This document shows positions 25,396 through 32,635 of a DNA stretch of 43,859 nt, one piece after another; positions within the stretch are counted from its first letter, which is position 1; every line of letters begins with the position of its first letter. The position numbers and the translations under genes were made by a program. The notes beneath the pieces are model-generated. The model did no database searches, was not told the DNA's origin, and saw only the letters and a list, made by a program, of their open reading frames with translations. The DNA is from a virus. Where the stretch lies: the IMG/VR virus record IMGVR_UViG_3300023203_000032; one strand, written 5' to 3'.

Positions 25396-25661
25396 GCTGT
25401 TACCCTCCTAAAACAGAAGATCGCAATGACCGCCGCCAACAGACCCGCCGTCAGAATGGCAAGCATGCCGGCCAGCCGACGCCAGAACCGCACGCCGTCG
25501 GTAACGCGGTATTCGATCCACAGATTCGTCGCCACATCATTGAACGTCTTGGACCGGCACGTCGGCGACGATTCACCGCAGCGGGCAAACTCGTGCCGGG
25601 CATCCGTCGGTTCGGGTTCTAAACTCGACGGACGGGGCGACCGGCGTGCAGGCTGGCTCAT
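25392..25661 (-). CDS. C-terminally TM-anchored small protein (89 aa)
   Basis: ATG at 25661 with an AGAGGAG RBS. C-terminal TM LAGMLAILTAGLLAAVIAIFCF. The stop overlaps the next ATG (ATGA). Confidence 0.55.
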   Translation of the reverse strand: MSQPARRSPRPSSLEPEPTDARHEFARCGESSPTCRSKTFNDVATNLWIEYRVTDGVRFWRRLAGMLAILTAGLLAAVIAIFCFRRVTA

Positions 25662-25839
25662 CGCAGGCACTCCTCTGGGCTCGACGGACCTTGACGCGAT
25701 GAACGACGCGGACCACCTTCACCACTTTAGCCGCGGCTCGCACGGCCTTGCGGACCGGACCACGGCAGCTACAGGCATTGGCCTCGCAGGCAAACGCGAG
25801 CGCCAGAAGGATGGTGGCAGCAAGAGCGAAACGTCGCAT
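25573..25839 (-). CDS. Small secreted/basic protein with N-terminal signal peptide (88 aa)
   Basis: ATG at 25839 with an AAGGAGA RBS. MRRFALAATILLALAFACEANA signal-like segment. The 3' end overlaps the next gene by ~89 nt in another frame, so the true end is uncertain. Confidence 0.5.
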   Translation of the reverse strand: MRRFALAATILLALAFACEANACSCRGPVRKAVRAAAKVVKVVRVVHRVKVRRAQRSACDEPACTPVAPSVEFRTRTDGCPARVCPLR

Positions 25840-25884
25840 GGGGTTCTCCTTGGGTTGGGGCAACTTGTAAGCGATGCTACAAGT

Positions 25885-26349
25885 TCACTTCCGGAACAGG
25901 TCGATGATCGCCTTGATCGCCATGATGATAGCGATGATGGTGTTCACGTCCCACTTGACCTCATCGCCAGCCGGTTGCGAGACAATCCGCGTGGTGATGT
26001 CCGGGCCAATCGGGTCGGCGGCATCAGGCCGCAGGTAGTCATAAATCAGGTCCCACAAGAAGTCGCTCTCGGCCACCTGGGCAATCATGGCGGCAAGCCC
26101 ATCGTCAATTGTCGTGTCCGTTTCCTCAGCCAGCGATTCGAGCGTGCCAGCCAATCGACGCACCCACGCTCGCGTCGCGTCCTTGTCGCTCAGGTCCGGC
26201 AGCGGAAGCAACTGGGCCAGCTCGCTGATATACTTCAGCAAAACCGTGAAGTCGATTTGCAGCGACGCGGCCAAAGCGACGAGCTTCCGCAACAGCTCCA
26301 AAATTCGCCCGCCGAACAAGGCCTCGGGCTGCGGGTCTACGCTTGACAT
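25885..26349 (-). CDS. Hypothetical protein (154 aa)
   Basis: Strong AGGAGGA RBS. Helical, acidic sequence with a hydrophobic C-terminal segment NTIIAIIMAIKAII. Confidence 0.65.
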   Translation of the reverse strand: MSSVDPQPEALFGGRILELLRKLVALAASLQIDFTVLLKYISELAQLLPLPDLSDKDATRAWVRRLAGTLESLAEETDTTIDDGLAAMIAQVAESDFLWDLIYDYLRPDAADPIGPDITTRIVSQPAGDEVKWDVNTIIAIIMAIKAIIDLFRK

Positions 26350-26364
26350 CGTGAATCCTCCTGT

Positions 26365-27459
26365 TTACTTGCATGCGGGAATCAGGTACTTTTCGACGAA
26401 CTTTTCGTGCGGCGATTCGCTGCCGTTCTTTCGCGTGTCTGCCGTCATTACGAACACCACGTTCTTGTCCGGGATCACATAGACCATTTGCGAGCCCCAG
26501 CCCCATGCCTGCCAGACTTTGCACCGGCTCATCGTGTCGGACCACCAGAACAGGCCGTAGCCGCTCTTGTGCGACGTGAAGCACGCATCGACGGCCCAGT
26601 CCGGGATGACTTGCTGCCCCTTCTGATTCTTGCCGTGGTTCAGGAAGAGCAATCCGAACGCGGCCATTTCTCGCGGGGTCAGGTACGTGTTGAATCCGCC
26701 GCAAGAGATTCCCTCGGGGTCCTTGCCCCAATGCTCTGTCTCGGCACCCAGCGGGGCGAGAATCTTAGCGTTCACAAACTTTTCGGTGCTCATCCCCGTG
26801 ACCGCTTGCAGCACGGCCGAGACGAGGTGGCTGTTTCCGGTGCTGTAGTTGAACACCTCGCCCGGCTTGACCGTGGTGGTCGAGCGTCGGCCGCCGTTGG
26901 TCGCCATGCCCTGGTCGAGGATTTGCTGGACCCAGTTCGTCTTCCGCTCGATTGTGTACTCCGTGGAATCCTCCGACCAGCGAAGCCCTGACGTGTGCGT
27001 CAACAGGTGCTCCAGCGTGATCGTGTTCCGCACGTCTGAAGCGGCGTACTTTGCGAAATACTTCGGGATGAGCTTGCTCACCGGCGTCTGCAAACTCGGG
27101 ATCAGGCCGCTGTCCACCGCGATGCAGCCCGCCGCCGAGAGCATCGACTTGCTCTTGCTGTGGACGTTGGCCGCCGTCGCTTTTGTTGCTCCGTGGTAAT
27201 AGGACTCGTGGATCAGGACGTTGTTCCGGATGAGCACGATCGAGAAGATGTCCTTGTCGGCCGCGAGCATCTTGACGCCGGCGGCCAGCTTGGTCGCGTC
27301 CACCTTCTGGCTGGCCGGCGTCCCTGTCACCCACGGCCCCGTGCCGTCGCTCGGGTCGCTGTAGAGCGGGCAGTCGTCGTACCAGGACGCGGCCAGGCAC
27401 GGACCAGAGAACGCCGCCAGGGCGGCCAGGAGGGCCGCTAGAAGGGCAATCCATCGCAT
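26365..27459 (-). CDS. Secreted serine hydrolase of the beta-lactamase/PBP fold (364 aa)
   Basis: Signal peptide MRWIALLAALLAALAAFSGPCLAAS. SxxK (HSKSKS). FNYSTGNSHLVSAVLQAVTGMSTEKFVNAKILAPLGAETEHW resembles the PF00144-type YxN region. AGGAG RBS at the ATG at 27459. Confidence 0.75.
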   Translation of the reverse strand: MRWIALLAALLAALAAFSGPCLAASWYDDCPLYSDPSDGTGPWVTGTPASQKVDATKLAAGVKMLAADKDIFSIVLIRNNVLIHESYYHGATKATAANVHSKSKSMLSAAGCIAVDSGLIPSLQTPVSKLIPKYFAKYAASDVRNTITLEHLLTHTSGLRWSEDSTEYTIERKTNWVQQILDQGMATNGGRRSTTTVKPGEVFNYSTGNSHLVSAVLQAVTGMSTEKFVNAKILAPLGAETEHWGKDPEGISCGGFNTYLTPREMAAFGLLFLNHGKNQKGQQVIPDWAVDACFTSHKSGYGLFWWSDTMSRCKVWQAWGWGSQMVYVIPDKNVVFVMTADTRKNGSESPHEKFVEKYLIPACK

Positions 27460-27493
27460 GGCAGGGGCTCCTGTTCTCGATTCCGGCAGGCCA

Positions 27494-27537
27494 AGAAACA
27501 AAAAAGGCACGGTGATGTGGTGGCACCACCATGCCTT
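27494..27537 (-). terminator. Strong intrinsic terminator
   Basis: Minus strand reads AAGGCATGGTGGTG-ccac-CACATCACCGTGCCTT (about 14 bp including wobbles) followed by TTTTGTTTCTT. Located between the gene ending at 27710 and the hydrolase gene. Confidence 0.7.
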
Positions 27538-27709
27538 CGTTTCTTGGCTCTTCCCGCCCGATGATCCGTCGATCTGGGCGGGTGCCGGAATCAGGTTGTT
27601 GGCCTAGCCGCTCGGCGGATCGTGCCGCGGGTCAGCCTCGGGGGGAATCACCCCTCTCTGCGCAGCCTACAGCGGATTCTCGAATTCCGTCTACCCAGCC
27701 GATGGGGGA

Positions 27710-27925
27710 TTAGCCCCATTCACTGTCCTTTGCCAGGTTCAACGCAATCGAGCGTGCCTTGGGCGGCAAGTCCGCCGTGCGGATGATCCGCTGGATCAGT
27801 GCCGCGACGGTCCGATACCTACGCCGCCGGTTCCGGGTGCGTTCATCCCAGCCGCGTTCAATAGCGGCACGCCGGGCCTCGTGCGCCGGCATCAGATCGA
27901 ATTGCAACTCGTCGGCCTCATCCAT
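27710..27925 (-). CDS. Hypothetical protein (71 aa)
   Basis: ATG-initiated ORF with Arg-rich helical sequence. Last gene before the terminator. Confidence 0.5.
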   Translation of the reverse strand: MDEADELQFDLMPAHEARRAAIERGWDERTRNRRRRYRTVAALIQRIIRTADLPPKARSIALNLAKDSEWG

Positions 27926-27939
27926 GATCGGCCCATGGG

Positions 27940-28518
27940 TTAGGCAACTTGCAGGGTTCGCTTCCGGCGGCGAGGTGCCTTCTTCGGCTGGTCGGTCGCC
28001 TTCCGGGCAATGACCTTTTCCGCGGCCATGAAGATCGGCACAAGTTCTGTAAGTGCCTGGTACTTTTCTTGCCAGTAGCGGAAGTCATCCAGTGCCTGGG
28101 CAAGAAACATCTCTCGAAGCCCTTCGTTTCGCATGACGGCGGCTAGCTCACGATAGCCGCCCTTCGGATTCGAGCGGTCTTGTTTCAGGCTCACGAACGC
28201 CTGAATTGGCCTGTTCGTCCCTACCGGCGTGAACTTGACTGTGACGATGAGGTTCCTGGCGCGCATAAGACGGTATTCGTGGGCGGCCTTAGTATCATCC
28301 CACTCGAAACAGCCGTGCAGAGCGCTGGACGGGTCGCGGGCAAAGCTAACCACGTCATTGAAAAGGGTTAAAGAGTTATCACGCTCACTTGTACCTCCTT
28401 GCACCGATCCTTCCCCGTCGTTCCGCGTACCGAAGCCGACGCGGATTCCCTTGGCCCGGACGATTAGCAGCACTCTCCGCCTTGCGTTTCGCCCGCGCCC
28501 GGGCAGTCGCCTCTTCAC
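27940..28518 (-). CDS. Hypothetical phage protein; start uncertain (between 28518 and ~28404)
   Basis: The convincing part begins around SERDNSLTLFNDVVSF...HGCFEWDDTKAAHEYRLMRARNLI. The N-terminal ~40 codons are Arg/Gly-rich and overlap the preceding gene. Confidence 0.55.
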   Translation of the reverse strand: MKRRLPGRGRNARRRVLLIVRAKGIRVGFGTRNDGEGSVQGGTSERDNSLTLFNDVVSFARDPSSALHGCFEWDDTKAAHEYRLMRARNLIVTVKFTPVGTNRPIQAFVSLKQDRSNPKGGYRELAAVMRNEGLREMFLAQALDDFRYWQEKYQALTELVPIFMAAEKVIARKATDQPKKAPRRRKRTLQVA

Positions 28519-28750
28519 ACCGCCGGGCCAATTCCTCCGGCATCGGCATGTCCGGCGTCGACCGCACGTCGATGAGCTTCTCGCCAGGCTCGGGTGACGC
28601 GATGCCCTGTAGCAACTCGTCGAGTTCCCATTCCATCATGCCCGAGCAGTAGAGTAGCACCTTACGCTCGGCGTCATGCTCGACGAGGTAGACCAGCTCG
28701 CCGAGCAAGTCATCGTCATAGAGCTGCGTCAGGCGGTGGGGGATTTTCAT
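28385..28750 (-). CDS. Hypothetical protein (121 aa)
   Basis: ATGA coupling with the methyltransferase stop. Acidic N-terminal domain MKIPHRLTQLYDDDLLGELVYLVEHD. Confidence 0.6.
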   Translation of the reverse strand: MKIPHRLTQLYDDDLLGELVYLVEHDAERKVLLYCSGMMEWELDELLQGIASPEPGEKLIDVRSTPDMPMPEELARRCEEATARARAKRKAESAANRPGQGNPRRLRYAERRGRIGARRYK

Positions 28751-29610
28751 TCGAATAGCATCCTTTCCGGTCTCGCAAGACTCGGGCCGTTTATCAAAAG
28801 AACTTCGGGGGCCTTGACCAAGCCGCCGCCCTTCTTGTGACTGCCGAGGCTCTTGACTGCCACGAGCGGCCGTTTCGTCCAGCGCCCGGGCGCGTACATC
28901 GTGTCGAGGTCCGGATGGTCGTAGTAGCTCACAAGTACCCGGGCGCGAGTGAATCGTGCGAGCTGCTCGGCAAGTCGCGGGTGATCCTCGCCAGCAAAAT
29001 CATACAGGTACGTCGCGCCCTTCTCGATATAGGGCGGGTCGCAATAGATCACCGTCCCGGGCGCATCCTCGATTCGCGGCAATAGGTCGAAGACATTCCG
29101 CTCCAGAATCGTGACGGTCCGCAGCCGACGCCGCCAGGCAGGAATCGAGTCGATTGCGTTGCACCATCGCATTGCGGAATGCCCGCCGTTGTTTGTGTAG
29201 CGAACGGAAAACGTCTGGCCCACTTCTCGCGTGCCGATCACGCCGGACCGTCCCATCCAGCCGAACACAAAATACTGGTATGCCCGGTCCAGGTCCGGCT
29301 CAGAGCCCCTCCAGTATGGATCGTCTTGGATCGTGCCGGCCGCCTCGGCGAACGTCCGCTCGTCGAAGAATGTGCGTCGCAATCGGCGATAGAGCGCCGG
29401 GCCAAGGAGTTCGTCCCGCACCACGCGGGCAAGGTTTATCACGTCGCCGTAAAGGTCGTTCACCGTTTCCGTCCGACACGCTGGCTTGTTCAGCGTAACG
29501 GCTAATGTGAAGGCGAACAAGTCCCACCAACAGTTGTGCGGACCGACCTCGGCAAGAATCTGCCCAACCAACTTCCGCTTCGCTCCGAACCCGGGCACAA
29601 TCGCGCGCAT
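28747..29610 (-). CDS. Dam-type (D12 class) N6-adenine DNA methyltransferase (287 aa)
   Basis: DPPY motif (VIYCDPPYI). N-terminal FGAKRKL...VNDLYGDVINLARVVRD is typical of the D12 class. ATG at 29610; the upstream 45 track codons are Arg/Gly junk. Confidence 0.8.
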   Translation of the reverse strand: MRAIVPGFGAKRKLVGQILAEVGPHNCWWDLFAFTLAVTLNKPACRTETVNDLYGDVINLARVVRDELLGPALYRRLRRTFFDERTFAEAAGTIQDDPYWRGSEPDLDRAYQYFVFGWMGRSGVIGTREVGQTFSVRYTNNGGHSAMRWCNAIDSIPAWRRRLRTVTILERNVFDLLPRIEDAPGTVIYCDPPYIEKGATYLYDFAGEDHPRLAEQLARFTRARVLVSYYDHPDLDTMYAPGRWTKRPLVAVKSLGSHKKGGGLVKAPEVLLINGPSLARPERMLFE

Positions 29611-29621
29611 CTTCGCCTCGT

Positions 29622-29831
29622 TCACGTCGCGTCCCTCCGCCTGCCCTTCCACGGCTCGATTCCATACGGCCACTCCACCTCGCCCTCGGCCAGCTCGCGC
29701 TTGGTCCATCGGCCGATGCGGATGCCGCAGACAACACATTCCCAAACGGACGTGCCGTCGTAGTGGGCGGGCTCATCACGGGCGTACTCGACGCCCATCA
29801 TCGGCTGCCCGCAGTGGGGTGGTATGCTCAC
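29622..29831 (-). CDS. Small zinc-ribbon-like protein (69 aa)
   Basis: GTG at 29831 preceded by AGGAAAGGA. HCGQP...CVVCG. The upstream part of the track ORF is Arg/Gly-rich. Confidence 0.5.
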   Translation of the reverse strand: MSIPPHCGQPMMGVEYARDEPAHYDGTSVWECVVCGIRIGRWTKRELAEGEVEWPYGIEPWKGRRRDAT

Positions 29832-30135
29832 GTCGCGTCCTTTCCTAACTGTTCGGCCGCGTGCTTCTCGGCCTCTTGCAGGCACGCTGCCAGCTCGCCT
29901 TCAAAAATCACGTTGCCGGCGTGTGGTGGCGAACCGAACGACAACCGTGCCGACACCCGACGGCCAGAGAAAGCCATTGCGTGTAATCCGATCTTGTGGA
30001 ATCCGTCGCAGAATCAGGACTTCGCCGTCCTCGTTTGTGTGCTTGTGAAAATCGAGCATAGATATCTCCTATTACAAAGGCCACTGGTCCCACATCACGC
30101 CGTCGAGCAGACGGCTGGCACGCTTCTTGCCGCTG

Positions 30136-30336
30136 TCACAAGGGCATGGGTCGTTGCGGCCCATCGCAGGAGAGCACGTCCATGCTGCCGTCACGCGAGG
30201 TCACTAGCACGTTATTGAATGCGTAACGACACGTCTCCTCTGTCGCGGTCGCGGTCGTGCTCGCCGCATATAGCAACCGCAGCGGCACCTTGGCGGTGGA
30301 TGCCTTCGGTTTGTCGCGTGAGTTCGTTTCGTTCAT
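30136..30336 (-). CDS. Hypothetical small protein (66 aa)
   Basis: ATG at 30336 with an AAGAGGA RBS. Hand count of third-codon positions is strongly G/C-biased in this frame. Confidence 0.55.
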   Translation of the reverse strand: MNETNSRDKPKASTAKVPLRLLYAASTTATATEETCRYAFNNVLVTSRDGSMDVLSCDGPQRPMPL

Positions 30337-30505
30337 AGTCTGATTCCTCTTTCGATTGAACGTGCCCGCGCCTATGGAGGATCGCGGCGACCGTGCTGCG
30401 GGCAACACCGAACCGCTTGGCCAGACGTCGAGCGCTCTGCTTGGTCGTCCTGGCCGACTTCACCACGGCGTTGGCAATACGCGCGTCAATCCGTTTGCCG
30501 GGCAT
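30212..30505 (-). CDS. Small helix-turn-helix DNA-binding protein (97 aa as read; 3' end overlaps the next gene)
   Basis: ATG at 30505 with a GGAGGG RBS. KQSARRLAKRFGVARSTVAAILHRRG is HTH-like. No in-frame stop until 30212. Confidence 0.55.
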   Translation of the reverse strand: MPGKRIDARIANAVVKSARTTKQSARRLAKRFGVARSTVAAILHRRGHVQSKEESDYERNELTRQTEGIHRQGAAAVAICGEHDRDRDRGDVSLRIQ

Positions 30506-30800
30506 CGTGAGATCCCTCCATTGCCTGAACCACGTCGGCCACGCACGTTGCCACAATGACCTGGGCGCCGGCCGCTCTCATTTCCGCCATCGTGTGCGCC
30601 TGGATCGCGGTGGCTCGACGCCCTGGTCGCTTGACCTCGATCCCCAACACGCGGCCACGATGGATCACAAGCAGGTCGGGCAGCCCGGCTCGCTGCATCG
30701 GCCCGCCGTGGAGTTTTACGAAGAAAACCGGCTCGCCTCTTGCCCGCCGCTGCTTGAGGTAGCGCACGACGCGGGCCAGCACTCTTCCCTCCGGGGTCAC
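30486..30800 (-). CDS. VRR-NUC domain nuclease (104 aa)
   Basis: GLPDLLVIHRGRVLGIEVKRPG (PD-(D/E)xK type D...ExK). GTG start overlaps the helicase stop (GTGA). Confidence 0.75.
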   Translation of the reverse strand: MTPEGRVLARVVRYLKQRRARGEPVFFVKLHGGPMQRAGLPDLLVIHRGRVLGIEVKRPGRRATAIQAHTMAEMRAAGAQVIVATCVADVVQAMEGSHDARQTD

Positions 30801-32455
30801 AGGTCCAGCCTCCAGCGGTATTTGGGGTTCGGCTCCTCCAGGATCAAGAGCCGCCGCTTGGCTCGCGTGACGGCCACGTACTTGCACCGCGTCTCCTCGT
30901 CGAACCCTTCGGGCGACTGGGCCGCGCGGAAGCAAGGCGCCGGGATCGAGGTCAACACGGCGACGTTGTCCGCCTCGCTGCCTTTGGCGCTGTGGATCGT
31001 GCCGACGCGGACCTTCGGATGGTCAACGGCCTCCTGCCCCCAGCGGCCCACGGCCGCCGAGTAGGCCCACGCGCCGTCGATCCACTGCCGCCAGCCGCCG
31101 GTCCGCACCCCCTCGGCCAGAAGCGACGTCGCGCCGACGTCGCCCAGGTCGCCGAGGTACATCCAGGGGTGGGCCTCCTGCGCTTCCTCGGGCGTCATGG
31201 CCTCGAAACGGGCCTTCGTACCGTGCACCAGAAGCGGACCATCCGGCAGCTTAGCGGGGATGTACTTGAGGATCGACTGCCACTCGCGGCCGTCGATCGG
31301 TCCGCCCGCCTCGAGGTTCATCATCGCGGCGATGGCCTCACTGCGGACCGGCGCGTTCCACGAGCCGCCCCCGCGGGTCGGCAACCACGGGACGTCGGCC
31401 GCGTCGAGCATCCTCGCCAAACGTGAGGCGAGGAAGTTGGTCCTCGCTAGGAACAACCAAGACTCGCGTGGGTCCACTTCCTCAAGCCCAGCGCCCAGCG
31501 GCAGAGAATCCACGGCCCCCTCGTGGTCGGCCGGTTGAATCGCCCGATCAAAGTAGTCCGAGCACTCCCGCAGGATCGTTTCGCCCAGCTCGAGGATGGG
31601 CGCAGGGCAGCGGTAGCTCTTGGACATGATCCGCCGCTTGACCGCCGGCCACCCGTTAAGGAAACACTTCGGGTCGGCTCCACACCAGCCGTAGATCGAC
31701 TGGAACGGGTCGCCGACCACGTAGACCCACTGGCACGAAGGCGAGCCGATCAGCCGCTGGCAGACCGAATGCAGGAGCGGCGAGGCGTCCTGCTGCTCGT
31801 CAAAGAACCAGACAGGCAGGTCCGGCGGCTGGCCGTCCGGTCGGCACGGCTCCGCGCCATAGGGCGTCAGGCTCCAGCCGGCGAATTTGGCTAACAGGTC
31901 TGTAAAATCCACGCGGTGGTCGAGCCGCTTGGCCTGCTCGTAGCGATCGACGATTTGCCGGCAGAACGCGAGGTCCGGCGTGCGGTCGGAATACTCGTCG
32001 ACCGCCTGCCACGTCTCGTCGTAGGGCCGCAGCCGGTTCCGCGCCGCGTCCCAAATGGCCAGGGCCTTGCCCGCGTCGGTCTCACACCCGGCAAACGGGT
32101 CGGCGAAGTCCTGGTCGAGCCCCGAGGCCGTCCCGTCCACGCTTTCCTGGAGAGCGTCCTGGATCCATTGGCGGTCAGCCTTGTTGCCGGTGAGGAGCTC
32201 TTCGCCGATGCCCAGTGTGCGATAGCACACACCGTGGACTGTGCGAAACCAACCTGCCTGCTCGAGCTCGGCGGGGCGCATGTTGAACCGATCCGCCGCC
32301 CGGCTGGACGCCTCGCGCCGGGCCGCGCGGGTGAAACTCGTGAAGCCGATCAGCCGCGGATCACGCAACCGCTCGACGATGCGGTCCATGATGCGCAGCA
32401 GGTCCGTGGTCTTGCCGGTCCCCGCGCCGCCGATCAATTGGGCCACTTGAGGCAT
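30797..32455 (-). CDS. UvrD/Rep-like superfamily 1 helicase (552 aa)
   Basis: Walker A GGAGTGKTT five residues after the ATG at 32455. C-terminal GTIHSAKGSEADNVAVL motif VI-like. The upstream 63 track codons cover the repeat array. Confidence 0.8.
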   Translation of the reverse strand: MPQVAQLIGGAGTGKTTDLLRIMDRIVERLRDPRLIGFTSFTRAARREASSRAADRFNMRPAELEQAGWFRTVHGVCYRTLGIGEELLTGNKADRQWIQDALQESVDGTASGLDQDFADPFAGCETDAGKALAIWDAARNRLRPYDETWQAVDEYSDRTPDLAFCRQIVDRYEQAKRLDHRVDFTDLLAKFAGWSLTPYGAEPCRPDGQPPDLPVWFFDEQQDASPLLHSVCQRLIGSPSCQWVYVVGDPFQSIYGWCGADPKCFLNGWPAVKRRIMSKSYRCPAPILELGETILRECSDYFDRAIQPADHEGAVDSLPLGAGLEEVDPRESWLFLARTNFLASRLARMLDAADVPWLPTRGGGSWNAPVRSEAIAAMMNLEAGGPIDGREWQSILKYIPAKLPDGPLLVHGTKARFEAMTPEEAQEAHPWMYLGDLGDVGATSLLAEGVRTGGWRQWIDGAWAYSAAVGRWGQEAVDHPKVRVGTIHSAKGSEADNVAVLTSIPAPCFRAAQSPEGFDEETRCKYVAVTRAKRRLLILEEPNPKYRWRLDL

Positions 32456-32465
32456 GATGGTCACC

Positions 32466-32635
32466 GGCGGTACACGTGGTACACCAGATCCGGTCCGTGG
32501 TACATCGCGTTTTCTTGAGTGGTGCCCGCCATAACTTGTTTCCACCAAACGACCTAGAGAGCGGTGGTACACGTGGTACACCGATTTTCTGTCAATCTGC
32601 CCCCGACGCGCCCATATTGGTGCCCGGTGTACCAC
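32466..32635. repeat. Array of GTGGTACAC(C) 9-10-mers (two tandem doublets, one single, one inverted copy)
   Basis: Copies at 32466-75 (8/9), 32476-85, 32497-505 (8/9), 32564-72 and 32573-82, plus an inverted copy at 32626-35. TGGTGCCCG is also repeated at 32519 and 32618. Confidence 0.8.

Noticed and set aside
26365-27459. Beta-lactam resistance gene.
   Set aside because: Only the general serine hydrolase/PBP fold motifs can be seen. This fold includes DD-peptidases and esterases. Context in a phage envelope or lysis cassette gives no support for a resistance call.
27540-27710. Possible structured ncRNA or antitermination RNA in the 170-bp gap after gene 27710-27925, with small hairpins such as ATGGGG-gatta-CCCCAT.
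   Set aside because: I could see only short, weak stems, one of which overlaps the stop codon. No recognisable family signature is present. It is mentioned only as a candidate under the terminator finding.
32466-32582. Possible CRISPR array, from the repeated 9-10-mers here and the 9-bp tandem repeat at 39804-39848.
   Set aside because: The repeat units are far too short and are directly adjacent or irregularly spaced, without spacer-sized unique inserts. No cas genes are present.
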